This document shows, piece after piece, positions 1 through 10,449 of a stretch of 64,000 nucleotides of DNA (position 1 is its first letter; the number at the start of each line of letters is the position of its first letter). Below the pieces are notes generated by a model that was given only the letters and a program-made list of their open reading frames with translations, searched no databases and was not told the origin of the DNA. Source of the stretch: Eledone cirrhosa. Lineage: Eukaryota. The DNA is taken from positions 25,606,001 to 25,670,000 of the forward strand of contig OZ024741.1 of NCBI GenBank assembly GCA_964016885.1, in the 5' to 3' direction. A program made the position numbers and the translations under genes.

Positions 1-1763
1 CAACCAATCCTGACAGTAAGGTGTTCTGGAAATATGTTCATTCAAAGCAGAGACCTCACTCTCCAGTTGGTCCTCTTCGCAATCCCCACACAAGCCAGAT
101 CACTGACGATCCCAAAGAATGCACAGAACTCATTGCTGAGTGCTATGCAAGTATTTTTACTGTTGAAAACCAGAATGTACCATCTCCACCATCTCTAACA
201 TCAAATTCCATAACAACTATGGAATTTACACCTGCAATGTTGCGACGTCACCTTAAGAATAAGCGCAACTATGCCTCCCCTGGTCTTGATGGTGTAACAT
301 ACCTGCTTCTCAAACGTGGCGGGTATTTCCTTTTGCGCCAGCTTTCTTTCTTCTTTCAATACTGTCTCAACAATGGTGCTACTCCGGAGCAGTGGAAAAC
401 TGCCAGTGTCATTCCCCTGTTCAAAAAGGGCAACCGCATGTCACCTGTCAACTATCGTCCAGTCAGTCTTACTAGCTGTATGGCCAAACTGATGGAATCC
501 TGTGTCAGAGAAACACTTTGGAACTTCTGGAGTTCTCACAGCCTCATCCGGCCCTCGCAGTTTGGATTTATCCCTAACTCCAGCTGCTGTGATCAGCTTA
601 TCGAGTTCCTTGAAGACATCACCCGGATCACTGACAGCGGCTCATGGGTGGATGTTGTTTACCTTGACTTTGCTAAGGCCTTTAATTCTGTGCCACACAA
701 AAGACTTATGGTAAAACTCTCTGCAATGGGTGTGAGGGATGATCTTTTCGACTGGTTGAAATCCTTCATTCTCAGCCGAAAGGAAGTAGTCACGGTTCTA
801 GGACAGCATTCTTCACCATATGAAATGTCATCTGGTGTACCACAGGGATCTGTTCTTGGTCCCCTTTTGTTTGTGGCATATATTAATGACATAGATGCCA
901 ACTTACAGAATGCCACGGTACTGAAATATGCAGATGACATCAAGCTGTACCTTGAAATCAAAAGGACTGATCCTGAAATCTACAACTCTTTCCTACAATC
1001 AGACCTGGACACAATGCAGCAATGGATCACAGACTGGCAACTGAAGCTGCTGTGGACAAGTGTACCACCATGCATTTTGGGAGGAAAAATCCAGCGTCCA
1101 CATACTCCCTCCACAACACTGATATCAAGAAGTCCTCTTGTGAACGTGACCTGGGCATTACTGTCAGCAGCGATTTGCGTTGGACAAAGCATGTCTCTAA
1201 GATTGTCAAGAAGGCCGAGGGTGTCTTGGCATCACTCAGAGACGTGCAACCAAGCGCATACCCTCCATCAAACACCTACCATACTCTGAACACCTTGCTT
1301 CCCTGGGCATGGATTCATTGAAGCTCCGACGTCTGGCAATGGACTTGGAAAACACCCACAAAGTTATTAACCATCTCGCCAACAACAACCCTGAGCACCT
1401 TTTTGATCTCCATGTGTCTAACACATGTGGACATGCCTACAAAATCAGAAAACAGCACAGCTGCCATGACTTTCGGAAACATTTTTTCACGCTTAGAGTT
1501 GCTGAAGCATGGAACAAACTGCCTGCGTCAATTGTTAGCTGCCGAGACACTGCATCCTTTAAAACACTCATGCTTCCCGAAATACACCAAAACTACACCT
1601 GATGTACCTCTTCCATACACATGCACACATGTGTATATCATGACTCATGCACTGTTCATTTTCCTGACATTTGTACATTACCCTATGTACTATACATACA
1701 CTTTTTGATGAGTTGTAGTGCACCTGAGCACTGTACACAATATTTCATTATTATTATTATTAT
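1..1763 (+). mobile_element. 3' part of a decayed CR1/L2-group LINE (RT domain, frameshifted C-terminus, 3' UTR, (TTA)n tail)
   Basis: ORF 21..1289 has non-LTR RT motifs (NYRPVSLTS, QFGF, YLDFAKAF, GVPQGSVLGP, YADD). The C-terminus continues in other frames (ERDLGI, FFTLRVAEAWNKLP). There is a frameshift near 1050, an internal deletion near 1238, and a 3' hairpin near 1714-1737 followed by (TTA)n at ~1748-1763. Confidence 0.9.
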
Positions 1764-1873
1764 CATAAAATAAATAATATCAAAATTTCGTAGATTCGAT
1801 ATTATGTGAGATAAAGCCTTTACCATGAAAATACAATAGTATATATAGAGTAATGTAAATGCTAAAGGGTTAA
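1764..1873. mobile_element. Right half of a piggyBac-type (TTAA) MITE, cut by the LINE insertion
   Basis: Matches the right half of the copies at 2177-2396 and 25645-25861; ends TAAATGCTAAAGGG-TTAA. Confidence 0.7.
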
Positions 1874-2176
1874 ACAGAAAATCATGTATTCTATGGGGAT
1901 CGAATAATCTTGGAATAGGAACAGGTGTGTGTGTGTGGGGGGGGGGGGGGGACTGAAAAATTAATAAGTGGGGGTGAGGGTGGAACTATTATGCAAGATC
2001 CAAGATTAGGTGATTAAATATGAAGTCTGTCTCAGTGGGATATGAACATAAAGTTGGCATACATGTAACTAAATACTTCACCTCAAAAGTGCCTGCTCTT
2101 GTTTTAACTTGAACACTCACTCTGTCAAGGTGTAGACATCCTCCCAACGTTTTTTTTCCTCCAAAAAATTATTGCT

Positions 2177-2396
2177 TTAACTCTTTAGCATTTAAACCGG
2201 CTATATCCGGCCAGAATTCTCTCACCTTTTTCTATTCAAACTGGTCACTCATACTGATGTTAAGGTATTGTTTCTCAAGATAAATGACATCAAAATCTTG
2301 TAGATTTGATATTATGAGAGATAAGTATGTGAGATAAAGTGTTTATCGTGAAAATATAATAGTAAATAAAGAGTAATGTAAATGGTAAAGGGTTGA
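2177..2396. mobile_element. piggyBac-type non-autonomous MITE (~215 bp)
   Basis: TTAA-CTCTTTAGCATTTA ... TAAATGGTAAAGGG-TTGA; related copies at 1764, 25645 and 47865. Confidence 0.7.
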
Positions 2397-2435
2397 ACAC
2401 TAAAATGACACCAAGAAAACATTAAAAACACTTAC

Positions 2436-2513
2436 CCACAAGTCTTGCAGTTAAAATGGTATGGATGGTAAGCTTCTTCCTTGAACTTGATGTGGCCTTC
2501 CTCAATAATAGAG
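2436..2513 (-). CDS. LIMS1: PINCH/LIMS coding exon (LIM3): (H)SIIEEGHIKFKEEAYHPYHFNCKTC(G)
   Basis: Manual minus-strand translation; ttcAG acceptor at 2514-2516 and GTAAGT donor; 78 nt, phase 2/2, consistent with exon 3830-3901; YHPYHFNC is the PINCH LIM3 motif. The next exon lies outside the window. Confidence 0.93.
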
Positions 2514-2596
2514 CTGAAATTTTAATTGTAAAATAATCATTTCGAGAAGATGGACAGTGCAGGTATGTATATATGAAACTTATATACTTGCAATTC

Positions 2597-2732
2597 TTCA
2601 GTCCACTGGTCAATGATATACATAGTTCAGTGGTCAGTGATATACATCTATATAGTCCAGTGGTCAATGGTATTTATCTCTATATAGTCCAGTGGTCAAT
2701 GGTATATATCAGTATATAGTCCAGTGGTCAAT

Positions 2733-2771
<39 letters not shown>

Positions 2772-3408
2772 CAGTGGTCAGTGGTATCATCATCATCATC
2801 ACCGTTTTATGTCCGTTCTTCCATGCTAGCATGGGTTAGACGGGTTGTCCTGCTGTGGGCAGTGTCCGGTCGGCTGACCTTGTCTTGCTCATATGGGAAC
2901 TGACTCTGGCTTGATTTCTACAGCTGGATGCCCTTCCCAACACCAAACTCATTTACAGTGAGTGCTGCTTTTTTTCCGTGGCGCCTACATGTCCACTTTA
3001 CAGTGTGGGCTGGGTGCTTTCTTGCCGTGGCACCTCCACGACCACTTTGCAGTGGAATGATAGGGACCCCAGTCCTATCATCTCATTTCTACAGCTGAGT
3101 AAACTGGAACAATGTGAAATAAAGTGTCTTGCTCAAGGAAACAACACATCACCCGGTCTGGAAATTGAACTCACAACCTTTCGATTGCAAGCCCAATACC
3201 ACTAAGCCATGTGCCTTCATATATATATATATATATATATATCTATATAGTCCAGTGGTCAATGGTATATATATCTCTATATAGTTCAGTGGTCAATGGT
3301 ATATATATATATAGACCAGTGGTCAATGGTATATATCTCTATATAGTCCAGTGCTCAATGATATACATCTCTATATAGTTCAGTGGTCAATGGTAGATAT
3401 CTCTATAT
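2597..3408. repeat. Degenerate ~30-bp tandem repeat (TATAGTCCAGTGGTCAATGGTATATATCTC) split by a SINE insertion
   Basis: Units visible at 2597-2785 and 3246-3408, on both sides of the SINE. Confidence 0.85.
2786..3218 (-). mobile_element. tRNA-headed CORE-type SINE with RTE-derived 3' tail and (GAT)n end
   Basis: The minus strand reads: tRNA-like A/B-box head, a CORE-like block (CCTTGAGCAAGACACTTT...CAGTTTACTCAGCTGTAGAAATGAG), then ~270 bp nearly identical to the 3' UTR of the RTE at 56265-56540. Confidence 0.85.
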
Positions 3409-3829
3409 CAGTTTGCAGGTTAAATCTTGTTTTTAGTTAGACCTATGTAGTTATTTCCAATAAATATTTTCATGCAACAGACAACACATTTTTAAAGACA
3501 TGTACCATATAATGGAAATGTGTTAGTGGTAAAGCTGTTGTATTGGAGTAGTAAATTTAGGCCTTTAGTTGTGTTAGATTTTCCAAATTGATGCCAGCTA
3601 TAGAATCAGTGGAGTTATCAGGAATGTAGCTCACCGTAACAATATTTTATTACAGATTTTGTAGAAGTCTTTGTTTATTGGATGTAGGAGAGCTCAGGCA
3701 AAATTTGAAATAATATTTGAACTAAATATTTACACACAAACACACAATACATTACATATTATGAAACCCAGGAACATGAGAAAAACAGTGAACTTTGATA
3801 GCCAACCTTAAAATGGTTAATGTACTTAC

Positions 3830-3901
3830 TGGCATTTATGGCAGATATATTTTCCAAGACCTTTGGCTTTTTCTCTAGCATGGCAATCACGACATAGAGC
3901 C
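3830..3901 (-). CDS. LIMS1: PINCH/LIMS coding exon (end of LIM2/start of LIM3): (R)[23 protein letters not shown](H)
   Basis: ttttcAG acceptor at 3902-3904 and GTAAGT donor; 72 nt, phase 2/2; peptide matches the PINCH LCR.CH.REKA.GLGKYIC.KCH motif. Confidence 0.95.
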
Positions 3902-3920
3902 CTGAAAAACAATTGAAACA

Positions 3921-4512
3921 GCAAGATATAAATAATATATCTTTCCTAAGACAAGTTATAAATGATATATCTTTCCTAAGACAATGTATACATGATATGT
4001 CTTTCCTAAGACAAGTTATAAATGATATATCTTTCCTAAGACAAGTTATAAATAATATATCTTTCCTAAGACAAGTTATAAATGATATGTCTTTCCTAAG
4101 ACAAGTTATAAATGATATGTCTTTCCTAAGACAAGGTATAAATGATATATCTTTCCTAAGACAAGGTATGACATATCTTTCCTAAGACAAGTTATAAATG
4201 ATATATCTTTCCTAAGACAAGGTATAAATGATATATCTTTCCTAAGACAAGGTATAAATGATATATCTTTCTTAAGACAAGCCATCAATGACATAATCTT
4301 TCCTAAGACAAGCTATCAATGACATATCTTTCCTAAGACAAGTTATCAATGATATATCTTTCCTAAGACAAGGTATGACATATCTTTCCCAAAACAAGGT
4401 ATAAATTATATATCTTTCCTAAGACAAGCTATAAATGATATATTTTTCCTAAGACAAAGTATAAATGACATATCTTTCCTAAGACAAGGTATGATATTTC
4501 TTTCCTAAGACA
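3921..4512. repeat. 30-bp minisatellite (AATGATATATCTTTCCTAAGACAAGTTATA)
   Basis: About 20 tandem copies with a few shortened units; explains ORFs 3913..4185 and 4106..4294. Confidence 0.95.
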
Positions 4513-4559
4513 CAATGACAATTTTGGTAAATGGAAATGGGAAGACACAATATAGTGAA

Positions 4560-4980
4560 AAAATTACTCTTTAACATAAAACCTTCTCGATATGTGCTTG
4601 AAATCCCTTAAACCATTCTGGGAATCAATGAAGACCCTTCCTGACAATAACTTTGATCTGAAGGAAGAGTGACAAAGATCAGGGAATGAGTCCAACTTCG
4701 CTTTGACCTTCCCAGAAGGCAATGGTGTCCCTTAATCAGACCACACAACACATGCCAGGAAAGTCCACCATCTCCTACGATATAAAATGAAAGACAGCCA
4801 ACATGTGACTGTGGGGACCCTCACCAGACAATACTGCAGTTGTTCAGGATTGCTCCTCAGATGTTTTCCCGGCGGCCTGGAGGCAATACATAATGCTGCA
4901 AATGACAAATTAGTCTGACTCACCAGCCTCGACCTGTCTCTAACTATTGTGCACATGTCATACGACAAGAAGAAGAAGAA
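4560..4980 (+). mobile_element. Old 3' remnant of a non-LTR retrotransposon (C-terminal Cys/His knuckle, (AAG)n tail); clade uncertain
   Basis: Broken frames give FDLPRRQW...CDCGDPHQT...FPGGLEAIH, followed by CATACGAC(AAG)n at ~4960-4980; 5' boundary approximate. Confidence 0.5.
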
Positions 4981-5257
4981 CATAAGAGAATTGTTGAAAC
5001 TAATTCCACCAATCAAATTCCTGGATTGGAGTTTTATTTTATTGAAAAATAAATGAAAGTTGATTTTATCAGGATTTGAACTCAGAATACATAAAGCCAG
5101 AAGAAATACTGCAAGGTGGTTCTATGCCCTAATGACTTTGACAATTTATCACTTAATTACTTCACACCAGTATCAAATCTTGTTTTATTTTTCATAGCTA
5201 GCTTTCTATTGAATTTAGCCATCTGGAACACTGTGACACTTTAAAATGACCTCAATC

Positions 5258-5613
5258 TGTAGCAGTAATATATATCCTTTATAATTAAATGTATTTTCCT
5301 TCGGCGGAAGAAAAATGTTACGGAAGTAAATTGGCTGAAGTGTGAGCTAATCAAAACCTTTGGCGTAGCGATACAAGTAACTGGACTACTTAGACCAGAA
5401 AACGGAAGTTAAGACAGAAGACCAGTCTCCAGATAAATCTGCTATCGTCAAAACGTCGATTCTTCGATACGCCATATCCTGTCGTATCTCACACATGGAA
5501 ATACAGGCAAAACAACTTTCACAGTGTGAAGCAAGAATAAACGAAGTACATACTTGTAATGGAGTTTGTCTATTTAATGCTTTCTGATCTAACGACTTAC
5601 ATTCTTCATTATA
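5258..5613 (+). repeat. 5' LTR (TG...TA)
   Basis: Direct repeat of 13838-14192 with about 10 differences by eye. Confidence 0.95.
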
Positions 5614-5615
5614 AA

Positions 5616-5633
5616 TGGTGACCCCGACGTGAT
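5616..5633 (+). promoter_or_regulatory. Primer-binding site complementary to the 3' end of tRNA-Trp
   Basis: TGGTGACCCCGACGTGAT, 2 nt after the 5' LTR; reverse complement of the eukaryotic tRNA-Trp 3' end (...ATCACGTCGGGGTCACCA). Confidence 0.92.
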
Positions 5634-6113
5634 ACAAACAAGCATTTTTATACAACAAATATAAAAGAAAGAAAGAACGCTGTCGCAAAGAAGAAAAAAA
5701 CTGAACGTTTTGTTGTTTAGAACAATTATTTCGTTATCATTACATTTATCATTTGCCTGCATGCACAAACACATTTTGTATCGACATGTATTACATCGAA
5801 ATGCATTATTAACAAAAAAAAAATTATCGGTAAATTATCCATCGTGCGTCTCAAAATTTGTATTTTGCACATAAATCCTCCTGGATTCTGATTGGGTGAC
5901 GCAATCTTCAAAAACTTGCCTGTATTCCGGAGCGTTACGAATGGCCATTATGCGTCTTCAACGTTTGTTTGCCAGCCAATTTAATTTAAAGGCAACGCCT
6001 TTTTGAAAAATATAATAAACATTTTTTTTTATTCTTAACATTTTCCTCTCTGACATTTCTTAACATATTCCTCTTGGCTTGCATTTTCCTATTACGGAAT
6101 ACCATAATTCACG

Positions 6114-9100
6114 ATGGGTAGCACCTCATTGCCAGCGTTTACTGGCGATGTCAATGTTTGGTTCGCACAAATAGAGTCGCACTTTACCGTGAACAACATT
6201 ACGTCTGAAGTCAGACAACTGCACATGCTTTTGAGTGCTTTCCTGGCGTCATTGACGACGGTTGTTAAAGATCTAATAACTGATCCTGCCCCTGGAGCCT
6301 CCTATGAGAGCGTAAAACGCGAGGTTTTGCGGCGGACCATGTTGTTGGCGGAGAAGAAATTCCAGACACTCATCAATGACGAACATTTGGGTGATCGGAC
6401 GCCCACACAGCATCTGCGTCGCATGAGAGAGCTGGTGGAAGACGCCCCAGCTGACAGCGCCCTCCTTAGACAGCTTTTCTTTTCAAGGCAACCCCCCCGG
6501 TGTTCAGGCGATTTTAGCGCCTATGATGGAGTCTACCACAGTCGACCAGCTAGCAGCTTCGGCCAACAAAATTATAAGTTTCACTGGAAACCCTGCCTCC
6601 TATGTTGCACCTCAGCCACCAACTGCGGTCTCTTCGTTCTCCCCTGCCTCCTATGTTGCACCTCAGCCACCAGCTGTGGTCTCTTCGTTCTCCCCTGCCT
6701 CCTATGTTGCACCTCAGCCACCAACTGCGGTCTCTTCGTTCTCCCCTGCCTCCTATGTTGCACCTCAGCCACCAGCTGCGGTCTCTTCGTTCTCCCCTGC
6801 CTCCTATGTTGCACCTCAGCCACCAGCTGCGGTCTCTTCGTTCTCCCCTGCCTCCTATGTTGCACCTCAGCCACCAGCTGTGGTCTCTTCGTTCTCCCCT
6901 GCCTCCTATGTTGCACCTCAGCCACCAGCTGCGGTCTCTTCGTTCTCTCCTGTCTCCTATGTTGCACCTCAGCCACCAACTGCGGTCTCTTCGTTCTCCC
7001 CTGCCTCCTATGTTGCACCTCAGCCACCAACTGCGGTCTCTTCGTTCTCTCCTGCCTCCTTCGTTGCACCTCAGCCACCAGCTGCGGTCTCTTCGTTCTC
7101 TCCTGTCTCCTATGTTGCACCTCAGCCACCAGCTGCGGTCTCTTCGTTCTCTCCTGCCTCCTATGTTGCACCTCAGCCACCAGCTGCGGTCTCTTCGTTC
7201 TCTCCTGTCTCCTATGTTGCACCTCAGCCACCAGCTGCGGTCTCTTCGTTCTCCCCTGCCTCCTATGTTGCACCTCAGCCACCAGCTGCGGTCTCTTCGT
7301 TCTCTCCTGTCTCCTATGTTGCACCTCAGCCACCAGCTGCGGTCTCTTCGTTCTCTCCTGCCTCCTATGTTGCACCTCAGCCACCAGCTGCGGTCTCTTT
7401 GTTCTCCCCTGCCTCCTATGTTGCACCTCAGCCACCAGCTGCGGTCTATTCGTTCTCTCCTGTCTCCTATGTTGCACCTCAGCCACCAGCTGCGGTCTCT
7501 TCGTTCTCTCCTGCCTCCTTCGTTGCACTCAGCCACCAGCTGCGGTCTCTTTGTTCTCTCCTGTCTCCTATGTTGCACCTCAGCAACCGGCTGCGGTCTC
7601 TTCGTTCTCTCCTGTCTCCTATGTTGCACCTCAGCCACCAGCTGCGGTCTCTTCGTTGCACCTCAGCCACCAGCTGCGGTCTCTTCGTTGCACCTCAGCC
7701 ACCAGCTGCGGTCTCTTCGTTCTCTCCTGCCTCCTATGTTGCACCTCAGCCACCAGCTGCGGTCTCTTCGTTCTCCCCTGCGTCCTATGTTGCACCTCAG
7801 CCACCAGCTGCGGTCTCTTCGTTCTCCCCTGCGTCCTATGTTGCACCTCAGCCACCAGCTGCGGTCTCTTCGTTGCACCTCAGCCACCAGCTGCGGTCTC
7901 TTCGTTGCACCTCAGCCACCAGCTGTGGTCTCTTCGTTCTCTCCTGCCTCCTATGTTGCACCTCAGCCACCAGCTGCGGTCTCTTCGTTGCACCTCAGCC
8001 ACCAGCTGCGGTCTCTTCGTTGCACCTCAGCCACCAGCTGCGGTCTCTTCGTTGCACCTCAGCCACCAGCTGTGGTCTCTTCGTTCTCTCCTGTCTCCTA
8101 TGTTGCACCTCAGCCACCAGCTGCGGTCTCTTCGTTCTCTCCTGTCTCCTATGTTGCACCTCAGCCACCAGCTGCGGTCTCTTCATTGCACCTCAGCCAC
8201 CAGCTGCGGTCTCTTCGTTCTCTCCTGCCTCCTATGTTGCAACTCAGCCACCAGCGGCAGTCTCTTCGTTCTCTCCTGCCTCCTATGTTGCACCTCAGCC
8301 ACCAGCTGCGGTCTCTTCGTTGCACCTCAGCCACCAGCTGCGGTCTCTTCGTTGCACCTCAGCCACCAGCTGCGGTCTCTTCGTTGCACCTCAGCCACCA
8401 GCTGCGGTCTCTTCGTTGCACCTCAGCCACCAGCTGCGGTCTCTTCGTTGCACCTCAGCCACCAGCTGTGGTCTCTTCGTTCTCCCCTGCCTCCTATGTT
8501 GCACCTCAGCCACCAGCTGCGGTCTCTTCGTTCTCCCCTGCCTCCTATGTTGCACCTCAGCCACCAGCTGTGGTCTCTTCGTTCTCCCCTGCCTCCTATG
8601 TTGCACCTCAGCCACCAGCTGCGGTCTCTTCGTTGCACCTCAGCCACCAGCTGCGGTCTCTTCGTTGCACCTCAGCCACCAGCTGTGGTCTCTTCATTGC
8701 ACCTCAGCCACCAGCTGCGGTCTCTTCGTTGCACCTCAGCCACCAGCTGCGGTCTCTTCGTTGCACCTCAGCCACCAGCTGCGGTCTCTTCGTTGCACCT
8801 CAGCCACCAGCTGCGGTCTCTTCGTTGCACCTCAGCCACCAGCTGCGGTCTCTTCGTTGCACCTCAGCCACCAGCTGTGGTCTCTTCGTTCTCCCCTGCC
8901 TCCTATGTTGCACCTCAGCCACCAGCTGCGGTCTCTTCGTTGCACCTCAGCCACCAGCTGCGGTCTCTTCGTTGCACCTCAGCCACCAGCTGCGGTCTCT
9001 TTGTTCTCCCCTGCCTCCTATGTTGCACCTCAGCCACCAGCTGCGGTCTCTTTGTTCTCCCCTGCCTCCTATGTTGCACCTCAGCCACCAGCTGCGGTCT

Positions 9101-10449
9101 CTTTGTTCTCCCCTGCCTCCTATGTTGCACCTCAGCCACCAGCTGCGGTCTCTTCGTTGCACCTCAGCCACCAGCTGCGGTCTCTTCGTTGCACCTCAGC
9201 CACCAGCTGCGGTCTCTTTGTTCTCCCCTGCCTCCTATGTTGCACCTCAGCCACCAGCTGCGGTCTCTTCGTTCTCCCCTGCCTCCTATGTTGCACCTCA
9301 GCCACCAGCTGTGGTCTCTTCGTTCTCCCCTGCCTCCTATGTTGCACCTCAGCCACCAGCTGCGGTCTCTTCGTTCTCTCCTGCCTCCTATGTTGCACCT
9401 CAGCCACCAGCTGCGGTCTCTTCGTTCTCTCCTGTCTCCTATGTTGCACCTCAGCCACCAGCTGCGGTCTCTTTGTTCTCCCCTGCCTCCTATGTTGCAC
9501 CTCAGCCACCAGCTGCGGTCTCTTCGTTCTCCCCTGCCTCCTATGTTGCACCTCAGCCACCAGCTGCGGTCTCTTCGTTCTCTCCTGTCTCCTATGTTGC
9601 ACCTCAGCCACCAGCTGCGGTCTCTTCGTTCTCTCCTGCCTCCTATGTTGCACCTCAGCCACCAGCTGCGGTCTCTTCGTTGCACCTCAGCCACCAGCTG
9701 CGGTCTCTTCGTTGCACCTCAGCCACCAGCTGCGGTCTCTTCGTTGCACCTCAGCCACCAGCTGTGGTCTCTTCGTTCTCTCCTGCCTCCTATGTTGCAC
9801 CTCAGCCACCAGCTGCGGTCTCTTCGTTGCACCTCAGCCACCAGCTCTGGTCTCTTCGTTCTCTCCTGCCTCCTATGTTGCACCTCAGCCACCAGCTGCG
9901 GTCTCTTCGTTGCACCTCAGCCACCAGCTGTGGTCTCTTCATTCTCCGCTGCCTCCTATGTTGCACCTCAGCCACCAGCTGCGGTCTCTTCGTTCTCTCC
10001 TGCCTCCTATGTTGCACCTCAGCCACCAGCTGCGGTCTCTTCGTTCTCTCCTGCCTCCTATGTTGCACCTCAGCCACCAGCTGCGGTCTCTTCGTTCTCT
10101 CCTGCCTCCTTCGTTGCACCTCAGCCACCAGCTGCGGTCTCTCCTGCCTCCTTCGTTGCACCTGAGCCACCGGCTGCAGTCTCTTCGTTCTCTACAGCAG
10201 CTGCCGTCCACACCGATCACTCACGTGTGTCTGTGGCAATACTTCAAGCCATAGAGCAACTCACCAAAGAGGTGAGACAATTGAGTACCTCCAGGGCTCA
10301 ATCGCCCAGACGTCGCTTCCAGAGCCGTTCGCCGCCACACAAGCAAACCAGGACTGTGCTACTACCACAGTCGTTTTGGCACGGCGGCACGCTTTTGTAA
10401 CCAGCCCTGTTCGTTTTCCATCCAGGGAAACGGATTTCAGGAGACCTGA
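6114..10449 (+). pseudogene. gag: Gypsy gag, frameshifted and inflated by a minisatellite; ends in a CHCC knuckle
   Basis: N-terminus LPAF...WFAQIE...LGDRTPTQ.LRRM is typical of CsRn1-like Gag; frameshift near 6490; CYYHSRFGTAARFCNQPC at 10357-10410; stop TGA at 10447-10449. Confidence 0.85.
6592..10190 (+). repeat. 3.6-kb minisatellite of 51-bp units (PASYVAPQPPAAVSSFS) mixed with 32-bp deletion units
   Basis: Unit CCTGCCTCCTATGTTGCACCTCAGCCACCAGCTGCGGTCTCTTCGTTCTCC; short unit GTTGCACCTCAGCCACCAGCTGCGGTCTCTTC appears from ~7650 onward. Confidence 0.98.

Noticed and set aside
5386-5688. Duplicated ORF (also 13965..14216)
   Set aside because: Antisense reading of the two LTRs.
6114-10400. 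1428/1243/1187-aa ORFs and the Arg-rich antisense ORFs as novel host proteins
   Set aside because: All are translations of the stop-free minisatellite inside Gypsy gag.
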